Source: a virus (Duplodnaviria > Caudoviricetes). From it: a DNA stretch of 37,910 nt. Positions 1 through 8,603 of the stretch are shown in pieces. Location of the stretch: the IMG/VR virus record IMGVR_UViG_3300005804_000099, positions 1-37,910 of that record, one strand, 5' to 3'. The translations under genes were made by a program, and so were the position numbers. The notes under the pieces were generated by a model. The model was not told the DNA's origin. It saw only the letters and a program-made list of their open reading frames with translations, and did no database searches. Every line of letters begins with the position of its first letter. The first letter of the stretch is position 1.

Positions 1-207
1 ATGTCGGTCAAGCTTGAAATCGTCACTGACTGGGCGACAAGCTGGGAAAACGATCAGATGCAGCTGATAAAGCAGCTCGAAGCTGCGATACGAAGCAACG
101 ATTTTGATGCTTTGTGCATCGCAACCGGTCAGCTGAAAGCGGTCACGCAGAAGCGTTTTGAGGGATTTGCCAGCATCATTGAGGATCTGCGATTGCCGAC
201 AGAATAA
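1..207 (+). CDS. hypothetical protein (68 aa), convergent with the late operon
   Basis: ORF track; helical-looking sequence; stops just before a terminator hairpin. Confidence 0.6.
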   Translation: MSVKLEIVTDWATSWENDQMQLIKQLEAAIRSNDFDALCIATGQLKAVTQKRFEGFASIIEDLRLPTE

Positions 208-239
208 AAAATCCGCCCCTGGAAACAACCAGGAGCGGA
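206..239 (-). terminator. intrinsic terminator ending the late/lysis operon (may be bidirectional)
   Basis: Stem TCCGCCCCTGG/CCAGGAGCGGA (212-239); the A-run at 206-211 is a U-tract on the minus strand; lies between convergent genes. Confidence 0.75.
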
Positions 240-254
240 CGGAACCGAAGGACC

Positions 255-464
255 TTAGAACTTTGTATTAAAGCCCAGCGTGATGCTGGGTTTTCCGTTT
301 TTGATCGTCAGTGATCCGGCGGTATTGCCCCTGCCGAAGTCAACGCCGAATTCCGGTTTCTCGCCCCTGGCGACCCTGACGCGGGCGATTGCGTTCTTGA
401 GTTTGACGCCGACAGCTGCTTCGTCGGCCCCGGCTCGCAAGACTACTGAACCGGGGCGGGCTGA
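255..464 (-). CDS. beta-strand-rich C-terminal extension, probably reached by -1 frameshift from the upstream membrane protein (fusion about 205 aa)
   Basis: Lies in the -1 frame of 443..871 and is open across the slippery site AAACCCT (464-470); its own TTG start (440) has no SD and is inside the hairpin; ends SITLGFNTKF. Confidence 0.65.
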   Translation of the reverse strand, partial: SARPGSVVLRAGADEAAVGVKLKNAIARVRVARGEKPEFGVDFGRGNTAGSLTIKNGKPSITLGFNTKF

Positions 465-470
465 GGGTTT
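427..470 (-). other. putative programmed -1 frameshift signal (A_AAC_CCT + 6-nt spacer + hairpin)
   Basis: In-frame X_XXY_YYZ heptamer at 464-470; stem GCCCCGGTTC (457-448) pairs with GAGCCGGGGC (436-427). Confidence 0.65.
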
Positions 471-871
471 GAAAGCTTTTCCTGCACTTTGTTCATGCTT
501 TCTGCAAGCTTTTCGGCCTGTTTCACGCCATCAGGTGAAAGCTCCGCGCCCGTTTTGGCCTTGAAGATAGATTTCACGCTGTTGATCAGCTCGATCATCT
601 TTCCGATGCCCTTTACCGGCAAAGTGCCGGCAAGGTATTGCCGCTCGATTTCGGCGTAAATGTCGGGCACTGATTCAGCCAGGAATTCATTTTCCATAAT
701 CCGGGCCTTGAGCGCTTCGGCCTGGTTCATTTTTTCCAGCACTGCATCATCAAAGGTGGTTGCTGTTTTGCCGGCACTACCCTTGAGATACGTTTTGATG
801 CCGTCCCAGATTTTGGCCCAGAGAGGCCAGAGAGCCACGATGATTGCCACGTAACCGAGATACTTTTCCAT
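443..871 (-). CDS. LL-H-family holin-like membrane protein (142 aa)
   Basis: SD AGGAG before ATG at 871; one N-terminal TMD (YLGYVAIIVALWPLWA); helical C-domain resembling the LL-H holin pattern; downstream of the endolysin. Confidence 0.65.
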   Translation of the reverse strand: MEKYLGYVAIIVALWPLWAKIWDGIKTYLKGSAGKTATTFDDAVLEKMNQAEALKARIMENEFLAESVPDIYAEIERQYLAGTLPVKGIGKMIELINSVKSIFKAKTGAELSPDGVKQAEKLAESMNKVQEKLSNPQPAPVQ

Positions 872-881
872 GTGTTTGCTC

Positions 882-1103
882 CTATGTTTGGTTGCTCCAC
901 GGGCCACAATGCCCGCATTTCAAGACGTTATTACCTAAATTCCAGACCGAACCGCCGCACCACGGGCACGCCGACAAGCCGCGCAAGTCTAAGTCTATCG
1001 GCCTCTTTGGCGGCTTCAGCCACACGCCCCCACCGCTCAAATCGTTCTCCGATCTGGCAGACGGCCCTGACGGCTTCTGATGTTTCGATTTCTTTTTTGT
1101 CAA
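882..1103 (-). CDS. possible small C4 zinc-ribbon protein (CPWC...CGHC); start uncertain
   Basis: Two CxxC motifs; its stop abuts the SD of the next gene; overlaps 931..1116 in another frame. Confidence 0.4.
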   Translation of the reverse strand: MTKKKSKHQKPSGPSARSENDLSGGGVWLKPPKRPIDLDLRGLSACPWCGGSVWNLGNNVLKCGHCGPWSNQT

Positions 1104-1116
1104 TGGTTTTATCCAT
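931..1116 (-). CDS. hypothetical protein (61 aa)
   Basis: ATG 3 nt after the endolysin stop; helical composition. Confidence 0.45.
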   Translation of the reverse strand: MDKTIDKKEIETSEAVRAVCQIGERFERWGRVAEAAKEADRLRLARLVGVPVVRRFGLEFR

Positions 1117-1119
1117 GGC

Positions 1120-1518
1120 TCAGATGTAGAAATGCGGCTGGTCTTTGAACTTCTTGTAGTTGCCGCCCCACTTCAGGCCGACCCGTTCGGCGACCTGGCC
1201 CATGATTTTCCACAGTTCCGGATCGTTCCAGATGACTTCTTTTCGGCTGTTCAGGATGCGCTGTGGGGCCGCGTCGAAAGCTTTTGCAGCTGGCTTGCCG
1301 TCAAGGGTGAAGTTATGGTCACTTTTGCCGCCCGGCAGCTTCGTAACAATCTTGCCCGGCTTCGTCCGGCCCAAGGCGTAAAGATCATCCTGTTCGGCGG
1401 CTGATCGATACGTGCAGTAGATCAGCACATCGATGCCTTCCGCTTTGCATTCAGCGACAAAGTCCCGGGCCTTGGGTTGCAGATCCGGATGCAGATCTTC
1501 GATTTTTCGACTGGCCAT
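1120..1518 (-). CDS. endolysin, M15 family (L-Ala-D-Glu peptidase-like)
   Basis: Motifs TYRSAAEQDDLYALGRTKPG, SDHN...AFD, WGGN, DQPHF; catalytic domain only; SD GGAG. Confidence 0.9.
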   Translation of the reverse strand: MASRKIEDLHPDLQPKARDFVAECKAEGIDVLIYCTYRSAAEQDDLYALGRTKPGKIVTKLPGGKSDHNFTLDGKPAAKAFDAAPQRILNSRKEVIWNDPELWKIMGQVAERVGLKWGGNYKKFKDQPHFYI

Positions 1519-1519
1519 A

Positions 1520-1861
1520 TTATTTTGCTCCCTCCTGTGCGATTGAAATCAAGGATTTATCAGGGTTTCGATACTGATAAATCGCGCCACCGATGATGCC
1601 GCCGACAAAGATGCAGAGCATCAAGATTTTCACCAAATTTTTGTAGTCGGTCTCAGCAGCCACAACCGCGGTCGTAACTGCTGCTTTTTTGCCGCAGATC
1701 ACGCCGTTCTGTTTCTGACATGCTTCGATCTGTCGCCGCGTTCGCCTTGCAACCCGGCCGGGCAACAAGCGCAGCGTTTCCCTGACTTCTCTCTGGAAGT
1801 CTTTATCATGGCTCTTTTCGGCCTCAAGCGTTGCAAGTCGTTCTTCTGCGGTTGGTGACAT
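1520..1861 (-). CDS. putative holin/lysis membrane protein (N-terminal coiled coil, C-terminal TMD)
   Basis: ATG at 1861 after AAGG; EERLATLEAEK coil; TMD ILMLCIFVGGIIGGAIY; directly upstream of the endolysin. Confidence 0.6.
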   Translation of the reverse strand: MSPTAEERLATLEAEKSHDKDFQREVRETLRLLPGRVARRTRRQIEACQKQNGVICGKKAAVTTAVVAAETDYKNLVKILMLCIFVGGIIGGAIYQYRNPDKSLISIAQEGAK

Positions 1862-1904
1862 ATTGATACCTTGTATTGGTTTTGCGCCATACAACACGGC
1901 GGCG

Positions 1905-4900
1905 CTATGCTTCCTGCATGATGGCTTCAAAAGCCGCTTTGACGTGATTATCAGCCGTTTTTTCGATTTCTTCAGCGGTAAATTCCGGGATATCAGTCTG
2001 TTTTTTCTGCCTTTCCGGCAGATTCAGAGCGGCCCGCAGTTCAGCGAGTTCGGCAGCCTGATCGTCAACGATTTCGGCGAGCTCTTGAATTGCCCGCAGA
2101 GCTACGCCGATCTGATCGCCAAGGCAGACCGTATCTTCTGATTCCCCATTGACCCCGAAGGCTTTATTGAATTCGCCGGCGAAGCATCCGATATATTTGG
2201 GGGCCCTATAATCCTCAACATCATATTCCTCGCTGGGCTGGAATGACGCTATGACGGCGTTTTTGTCTCTGATGTTATTAACGATCTCGCCTTCAAATCT
2301 TTTCCTCTCAAGCGCTGCACTGTCCAGCTTAAAGCTGGCTATCTTGATACTTTTCAGCTTGCTCAGCGCGTTGATATCATTGATGTCGCGCTTAACGGCG
2401 CGATCAGAATACGTCGTGAAATTCCCAGTGGCATTGATTTTGCCGTTGGTGTGTATGCCGTATTCGGTTGCCCCGCCCACGATCACGGCAACAGGAATAT
2501 ATTGCACATTTGACTGGGGCGTTGTGCCGCTGTGCGGGTTTGGCTGCGCCGAAATGACCACCTCACGCGCTATACCGTTATTGCTTACCGCTAGGCGCAT
2601 TTCGGGAGTCAACACTGTGCCACCAGACGCAGAAACGCCGCCGTGAATGATTTCTAATAAAGTTTCATTCGCTGATGTCGACACGCTCCCGCTCACCCAT
2701 GCCTGCCCGTGCACGGCCGTTTTCCCGCCTGTAACCTTTTGTGCAAGCGTGGTCAGTGGATAAGACACGCCGCCGACATTAAAAATTGTAATGTCGAACG
2801 CATACTGGCCTAGATACCCGTCTTTCATTTTGACCGTGCCGTCGTGTTCAACGTAGAAATTTTCATTCCCGGCCCAGAAAGCCTTTTTTGACGGGTCTGT
2901 GCTGATACCGATAGCCGTTGACCCGCTGCCGGAAGTCATGTCTGTCACGTTGAAAGAAAAGCCTGATAGCTGCCCGGTTTTGGCTGCAGCGTTGAGTGAA
3001 AACACCGGAGCAGCAGAGCCGCCGACTGTGAAGTTCCCGTTGTCGAGGTCGAGCAAGCTGCCGGCAGTCGTGTCGTAGTTGGTTGATTTCAACTGGCCGG
3101 CGACAACACGGTCAGCTGTCATTGTGCCGCTTTCCGGGTTTATGCCGATCATGTGCAAGGTCTTGATTTCCGCGTCATTTAAAACCCGCGAAAACATGAC
3201 TGGTTCGGCGATCTGTCCATCAAAGTAGTAACCGCCATATCCGGTAGACCATCGCCCCATTACGCCGTTTGCGGCGGTAAATACAGCAGTTGCGTCAAAT
3301 GCGGCAGTGCTACCAATAAACACCCCGTCGATGTAAAGTGAAATGACGCGGGTCGCTGTATTCAGGGTAGCAGTATAAGTGTGCCAGCTGGTAGTATCCA
3401 GTGTCACTGCGATGTCTTTGAATTGATAGCCTCCAGACGACCTGCCAACAACAAATCTCATTGCACTTGCTGACGATGGGACCATATTCCAGCCAGTATT
3501 GCTGCCGTTAAAAGTCGATAAAAAGGCAGACCACTGGCTTGTAAAAGAATCAATTTTTGCCCGCACAGATTTGGTCAGAACCGTTAAGCCCAGCGCGGCG
3601 CTGGTGATGGCATAGTCATTTATTCCGTCAAGGTCAAATGCTCGACCGAAAACTGTATCCACAATGCCGATGCCGCCATACGCAGTCGCGTGTTGGTTTC
3701 GGCCAGAAACGTCTTTTACACCATTTGCAATCGCAATAGTTGCTGTAGTAGCTCCCTTTGCCGACCAATTTAAGGCCGCGCCGGCCGGGGCTTTTATCGC
3801 GCTGGCATTGATTGATTGTGCATAAATGCTGTCGGTGAATATTTTTGCGCCATCGATATATGTCAGATTATTAGCGACTGCCCATGACAAAATAGCTGCA
3901 TCAAGCGCATCTTGTATGTCTCTGCCGGTTTTGGGCGGCACAAATGCCTGTGTTCCGACAATAGCGCCTTCGTTCGACGGCGAAGCAAAAGTCAGCAGCA
4001 CGATGTCTGTTGAAATAGCCCATGCCCAGGTTCCAAGAACTGCAGTTGCATCGGCAGCAGCGTATTTCCAACCCATCGAAGCTGTATCAAACCAAACAAT
4101 ATACTTTGTGCCGCTGCGCTGGACAGCATAAAGCGGGATATTATAAGGGCAGATGGCCCCCGGATTTATCATTCCCTTTGCCACGGTGATTTTTGCACCA
4201 TTCCACGTCACCCAGCCGTCTACGTCTGCGGCAGCGCCGGTTGCCGAATCAAATCCGTGCAAATACAATTCGCCAGGATTCGCATCAATAAAACTAGAAT
4301 AGTTAACTTTTACCCCAAGCCCGGTCGTTGCCAGATTTCCGGCTTTTGTGCTTGCCGTTGCAGCCGACGATGCGGCAGCTGATGCTGCAGACGATGCGGC
4401 ATCAGCTGCGCTTTGTGCCGCATCGGCCAGCGCTTTTGCCTTGGCCGCAATCGCATTCAGTAACGCGGTTCTGGCGTCATAATAAGCTTTCCATGTGCTG
4501 CGGAAAGTAGCCCCGACAATGGTAGTTGTTGTGCCGAGATTGGCGTCAGAAATCCATGACGGGATACCCGATGACCACGTCGTGCCGGCGTTTAGATAAT
4601 TTGCCAAAGCTTGAAAAGCGTTATTGTAAGTCGTATCTTCGGTCGCAATGCCAAAAGCAGCTGCTTGTGCTCTAATTCCGGCTTTTTCAGCGGCAATAAT
4701 ATCCCATTCCTGACGGGTGTCCTGCTTTTCAAGCGGCGTAAGCTTGTTGTCAGCCGCGATGTCGGCAAGCAGGTTGTTAGCAGTATTGGCTGATGATTGC
4801 GCATTATTCGCCGATGCCTGTGCGGCGGCAGCTGCCATACCTGCAGTGTTTGCCGTGCTTTGCGCAGCAGCTGCATCAGTTAGTGCGGTGTTGGCGGTTG

Positions 4901-7900
4901 TATATGCATCGTTGATTTTGGTTTGTGCCGACGATTCAAGGCCGGTGATTGCCAGCGTGCCGGCTTCGACTTTACCACCATGCAGGCTTTTTATGTGCGC
5001 ATTTTCGACAACCAGGTCGGCAATCTGTGCCGCAACGGTAATAACGGCTTCTTCGACCGTCAGATGCTGGCCTAAAATTGCACCATTTTGGATCAGCGTA
5101 GACGGAGTGCATTCTTCGAGTCTGAAATCTTGCAATTCATAACCAGCGCCTGCGGCTGTGTTGTAGTCCATCATCCCGCCAATGCGAACAAACGCTGTGC
5201 CAGCGGGAAATTGAAACTGCCCTTTCGGGCCGATAGTTGCGTTATATTCTGTCCATGTAGTGCCCGGGGCAATGTTAGACATTAGATAATGCCCGGCGTT
5301 TGAGCTTAAAACGGCCTTAGAATTATCATATTCTCTTGCCGACAAATAAATGCTGCCATTCGTGGCCGCATCGCGCTTTCTGGCAAGACAATGCAGTCGA
5401 TAGGTTTTTGATAAATCAATCGGCGTATGACGCTTTTGGACGAAATTATTGGCATTCGGGCTGGCGCTTCCGTTTCCGCGCATGACTCCGGTGCCGACTT
5501 TACCATCAGATATGGTCGCCAGCGTCCAGCCCGTGTATGTTTCAAAGCCATCCATGGTTTCCCACGCGCTTGCGTCCATAAATCCGGGGTCATCATTTAA
5601 TGCAGCGCCGGGAGCGCCCACAAGTAGCTTTTCCATGGTCACTGCTTTGGCGGCAATGGCGCGAGCTACAACACTGTCGCTTGCAAAATGTCGCGACACG
5701 AGCTCGTAAGTGCCAATGAAATCGGCAGATATTCGCGCAAAAACAGCGTCGTCAGGAAACATGTGATACGCCTTGACTTCCGATGGCGTTAAAGCGCGGT
5801 TGTAATACCGGAAATTGAAGCATTCAAACTTACCGAAATACGGCGCATCATTGGGATTTCTGCCAATATAAAATGAACCGGTCCACCCAGGCCAAGAAAG
5901 TCCAGCGCAAGCCAAGCTTGCGGCTTGGAGACCGTCTTTAAGTATTTTAATTGTTGTGCCGTCGGCGATGAATGCAAATGTGTGCCATTCGTTGTCAAAA
6001 TGCGAATACGGGTCTACAACTGAAACCGTTGACCCCGCGCCGTTACGAACTGCAAATAACATTTTCCCGTCTGGATAAGCATAAGCAACGGGTAAATATT
6101 GGCTTGCCCAGTAGCCGTTCAACGTCATCCCGGGAGCCAATCCGGCCGTTCTTATGCGCATCAAAACTGTAAATGCGGCTGCGCCGCGAAATGGTGCGGC
6201 TGCGAATTGAAGAGTGTCGTTTGCCCCGTCAAAACTGAATGCCCGGCCGATTTCCGTGTCAATCACCGACACGCCGCCATCGCTGATACCATTGTTGCCG
6301 TTGCCGGTTGTATCGACTACGCCGCCAACTACCGAGATGCTGGCGGTTGTGCAGCCCTTTGCGCTCCAGGCGGCGACCGCGCCGCCGGCTTGCTTCAGGG
6401 CGGCATTCGACAGGGCGGCGGCATCAACTACGCCCTGAGCAAAAAGGCGGGATTCGCTCAGGATTTGGTCGGCAAGGTCGGAGGTCTGGACGAAAGTGAT
6501 GAAAGTTGATTTGCTGGCCGAAAAGCCGCTGGGGTTTTTCCAGGTGTCGTATGCCTTGGCCCAGTAATAATAGGTCATCCCGTAGGCGGTTTCTGTGTCT
6601 TGAAAAGTGGCAATCCCCTGAGCGCCGTCTATTTTACCGATCGATTGCGCTGCGGCGCTATTGTTTGATGTGTGCCGGAAAATCTCGAAGCCGGCCATGT
6701 CGCTGGGGTATGGCGACAAAACACATTTGATCGTGACCGTTTTTAGATAACTGCTGACGGTGATCGACGGTGCGCCGGGCGGGATGTCGTCGCCCTGGAC
6801 TGTGATTGTGCCGGTTATGTAGTCGCTTTTGCCGTTGGCGCTGACCATTCTGATACGAACAGCGTAGGGCTGGCCGGGTTCGACACCGGGGATTTCGAAG
6901 TTTTCGCCGCGCATGAAACCCAGGTCAGTCCAGCTCAAAATCGGCAAAATGCCCTGAGCGTATTCGATCGTTGCGGCTAGATAACCGCCGGCCGGCGGTG
7001 AAAATGAGCCCTTCAAAACAACGATGTTCGTTCCGTCGGGCCCGGGCCTGACCTCTGACGACAGCGTGAGGCCGGATGCCTGCCCGGGGTTGATAGTCGC
7101 CACAACCGGCAATTCTTCCGTCCAGTTTATTTTTGTGCCCGTGCCGCCGACCACAAAAGAATTAACGTCACATTTTTCAGCCTCGATGGTATAAACATGG
7201 TCTGTGATTTTCAGTTTTGAGATCTGGTACAGACCTGCAATACCTTTTTCCGGGCGATCAATTGTAATAACAGAGCCTTTTTTGGCTTCGGTCGGCAAGT
7301 CGTCTGTTTCGAATAAAACTTTTTCAGCGGCAATCAAAGAGCGTTTGCAGGTATATTCGACAATGGCCTGGGCTGTCGCGCCATCATTTATCAGATATGA
7401 CTGGCCATAAAATTTCTGTTCGCCGATCTTATCGATCGAAGCACTGTTCTGATACTGCGCTTTCTGCATGAAAACGCCAGTTATTGGGTTGTATCCGTAA
7501 TCAAGCTCTCCCAAATTGTAGACACGGCCGGTGAATGCGCCTTTGCCATGATTCAACAGGCGCATATTGTTAATGGTGTATGTTTTAATGCTTGATGCGG
7601 GGGCGTCTACAAACAGACTTCTGAGGCCGTTGGAGCTAATCGAATAAGTGCCGCGAATCGCTAAACAGATCTGTCTGATCCAGCTCATAGCGATCTGCTT
7701 GAAATAAAAAACGCCGTCTAATTTCAACCCGGCAGCATCAACTGCGCTGATTGCAGCATTAATCGAATCTGTATTAATGTCGCTGTCAGCAATGCCCAGT
7801 CCCCAGCCGCTGGCTCCTATTGTTGGAGTTTTCATTATCCAATACAGCGCCCTGGCCCCGTTTCGGCATTCTTCGATTGTGTGGGTGCCGAATTTCAGTC

Positions 7901-8603
7901 CGACAAGCTCGGCACCAAGCTCAACATAGGTGCCGTCATCGTTTTTCCGCAGAGTCTCGTCGGTGATCTGTATATAGACCATGCCCGGGTAATTCGCTTG
8001 CGAGGGCGACCCGGTGAATGTGGCGTAACCACGGGAATTTGCTTCAGCGACAGAAAGAGTTTCGCCGCCAACGCGAACCCCTACGAACTTATGAATTTCA
8101 CCGACACAAAAAGCATAAATCCCTTCTTCGGTGTTGACGAGCAGGCCTTTTAGCCGCAACGGATTAGCATCGTTGCCGCCGACCACCATCGGCAGGGTCG
8201 CATTAATAGCAGACCAGTGAAGATTTTCATCGATTGTATAAATCCGGTTGATTTCGTCCGGAAAATAAAACTTCAGTTCTGGGGCTGTTTTCTCGGTGGC
8301 TTCAACATTTAAAATCCAGTTTTCATCGTTGTTAAAGGCGGTCACCTTCCCGGCCCATGATCTGCCGTTGTTTGCAGTAATCATCACGTCCGCTGACCAC
8401 AGATCAATGTCGTAAGGAATAAAGGCGTCATCGTTACGCAGACTTAGCTGGATTGTCACCGGCGCAGTTCCAAGGGCGTCGAATTGCTCTTCCAAAGCCA
8501 GTTCGTTGAGCAACCGATTATGATAAGAGCCTTCGTTGCTGACCGCCATTGTTTGATCAGCAACCAGGAATACGTTTTCGCCGGATGTTATTCTTACTTT
8601 CAT
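1905..8603 (-). CDS. tail tip/central fibre protein (hub, FN3, two LamG-like domains, CBM-like domain, coiled coil, C-terminal S74 intramolecular chaperone)
   Basis: 2232 aa after the distal tail gene; FN3 motif YYYWAKAYD; two WSAKG...GRAFxxDGxND LamG repeats; S74 motif YSDRAVKRDI followed by a terminal coil. Confidence 0.85.
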   Translation of the reverse strand: MKVRITSGENVFLVADQTMAVSNEGSYHNRLLNELALEEQFDALGTAPVTIQLSLRNDDAFIPYDIDLWSADVMITANNGRSWAGKVTAFNNDENWILNVEATEKTAPELKFYFPDEINRIYTIDENLHWSAINATLPMVVGGNDANPLRLKGLLVNTEEGIYAFCVGEIHKFVGVRVGGETLSVAEANSRGYATFTGSPSQANYPGMVYIQITDETLRKNDDGTYVELGAELVGLKFGTHTIEECRNGARALYWIMKTPTIGASGWGLGIADSDINTDSINAAISAVDAAGLKLDGVFYFKQIAMSWIRQICLAIRGTYSISSNGLRSLFVDAPASSIKTYTINNMRLLNHGKGAFTGRVYNLGELDYGYNPITGVFMQKAQYQNSASIDKIGEQKFYGQSYLINDGATAQAIVEYTCKRSLIAAEKVLFETDDLPTEAKKGSVITIDRPEKGIAGLYQISKLKITDHVYTIEAEKCDVNSFVVGGTGTKINWTEELPVVATINPGQASGLTLSSEVRPGPDGTNIVVLKGSFSPPAGGYLAATIEYAQGILPILSWTDLGFMRGENFEIPGVEPGQPYAVRIRMVSANGKSDYITGTITVQGDDIPPGAPSITVSSYLKTVTIKCVLSPYPSDMAGFEIFRHTSNNSAAAQSIGKIDGAQGIATFQDTETAYGMTYYYWAKAYDTWKNPSGFSASKSTFITFVQTSDLADQILSESRLFAQGVVDAAALSNAALKQAGGAVAAWSAKGCTTASISVVGGVVDTTGNGNNGISDGGVSVIDTEIGRAFSFDGANDTLQFAAAPFRGAAAFTVLMRIRTAGLAPGMTLNGYWASQYLPVAYAYPDGKMLFAVRNGAGSTVSVVDPYSHFDNEWHTFAFIADGTTIKILKDGLQAASLACAGLSWPGWTGSFYIGRNPNDAPYFGKFECFNFRYYNRALTPSEVKAYHMFPDDAVFARISADFIGTYELVSRHFASDSVVARAIAAKAVTMEKLLVGAPGAALNDDPGFMDASAWETMDGFETYTGWTLATISDGKVGTGVMRGNGSASPNANNFVQKRHTPIDLSKTYRLHCLARKRDAATNGSIYLSAREYDNSKAVLSSNAGHYLMSNIAPGTTWTEYNATIGPKGQFQFPAGTAFVRIGGMMDYNTAAGAGYELQDFRLEECTPSTLIQNGAILGQHLTVEEAVITVAAQIADLVVENAHIKSLHGGKVEAGTLAITGLESSAQTKINDAYTTANTALTDAAAAQSTANTAGMAAAAAQASANNAQSSANTANNLLADIAADNKLTPLEKQDTRQEWDIIAAEKAGIRAQAAAFGIATEDTTYNNAFQALANYLNAGTTWSSGIPSWISDANLGTTTTIVGATFRSTWKAYYDARTALLNAIAAKAKALADAAQSAADAASSAASAAASSAATASTKAGNLATTGLGVKVNYSSFIDANPGELYLHGFDSATGAAADVDGWVTWNGAKITVAKGMINPGAICPYNIPLYAVQRSGTKYIVWFDTASMGWKYAAADATAVLGTWAWAISTDIVLLTFASPSNEGAIVGTQAFVPPKTGRDIQDALDAAILSWAVANNLTYIDGAKIFTDSIYAQSINASAIKAPAGAALNWSAKGATTATIAIANGVKDVSGRNQHATAYGGIGIVDTVFGRAFDLDGINDYAITSAALGLTVLTKSVRAKIDSFTSQWSAFLSTFNGSNTGWNMVPSSASAMRFVVGRSSGGYQFKDIAVTLDTTSWHTYTATLNTATRVISLYIDGVFIGSTAAFDATAVFTAANGVMGRWSTGYGGYYFDGQIAEPVMFSRVLNDAEIKTLHMIGINPESGTMTADRVVAGQLKSTNYDTTAGSLLDLDNGNFTVGGSAAPVFSLNAAAKTGQLSGFSFNVTDMTSGSGSTAIGISTDPSKKAFWAGNENFYVEHDGTVKMKDGYLGQYAFDITIFNVGGVSYPLTTLAQKVTGGKTAVHGQAWVSGSVSTSANETLLEIIHGGVSASGGTVLTPEMRLAVSNNGIAREVVISAQPNPHSGTTPQSNVQYIPVAVIVGGATEYGIHTNGKINATGNFTTYSDRAVKRDINDINALSKLKSIKIASFKLDSAALERKRFEGEIVNNIRDKNAVIASFQPSEEYDVEDYRAPKYIGCFAGEFNKAFGVNGESEDTVCLGDQIGVALRAIQELAEIVDDQAAELAELRAALNLPERQKKQTDIPEFTAEEIEKTADNHVKAAFEAIMQEA

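Noticed and set aside
255-445. TAG read-through or stop-codon reassignment as the way to extend 443..871
   Set aside because: The in-frame continuation (SCEPGPTKQLSASNS...) looks non-coding, the plausible ORF is in the -1 frame, core genes are intact under the standard code, and the tRNA is Gln(UUG), not a suppressor.
4340-4930. GCA/GCT-rich repetitive stretch as a DNA repeat or CRISPR array
   Set aside because: Explained by Ala-rich coiled-coil codons; no regularly spaced repeat-spacer array was seen anywhere in the window.
1905-8603. Diversity-generating retroelement or invertible shufflon acting on the tail fibre
   Set aside because: No reverse transcriptase, no near-identical TR/VR pair and no inverted cassettes were seen; the internal repeats are diverged protein-level duplications.
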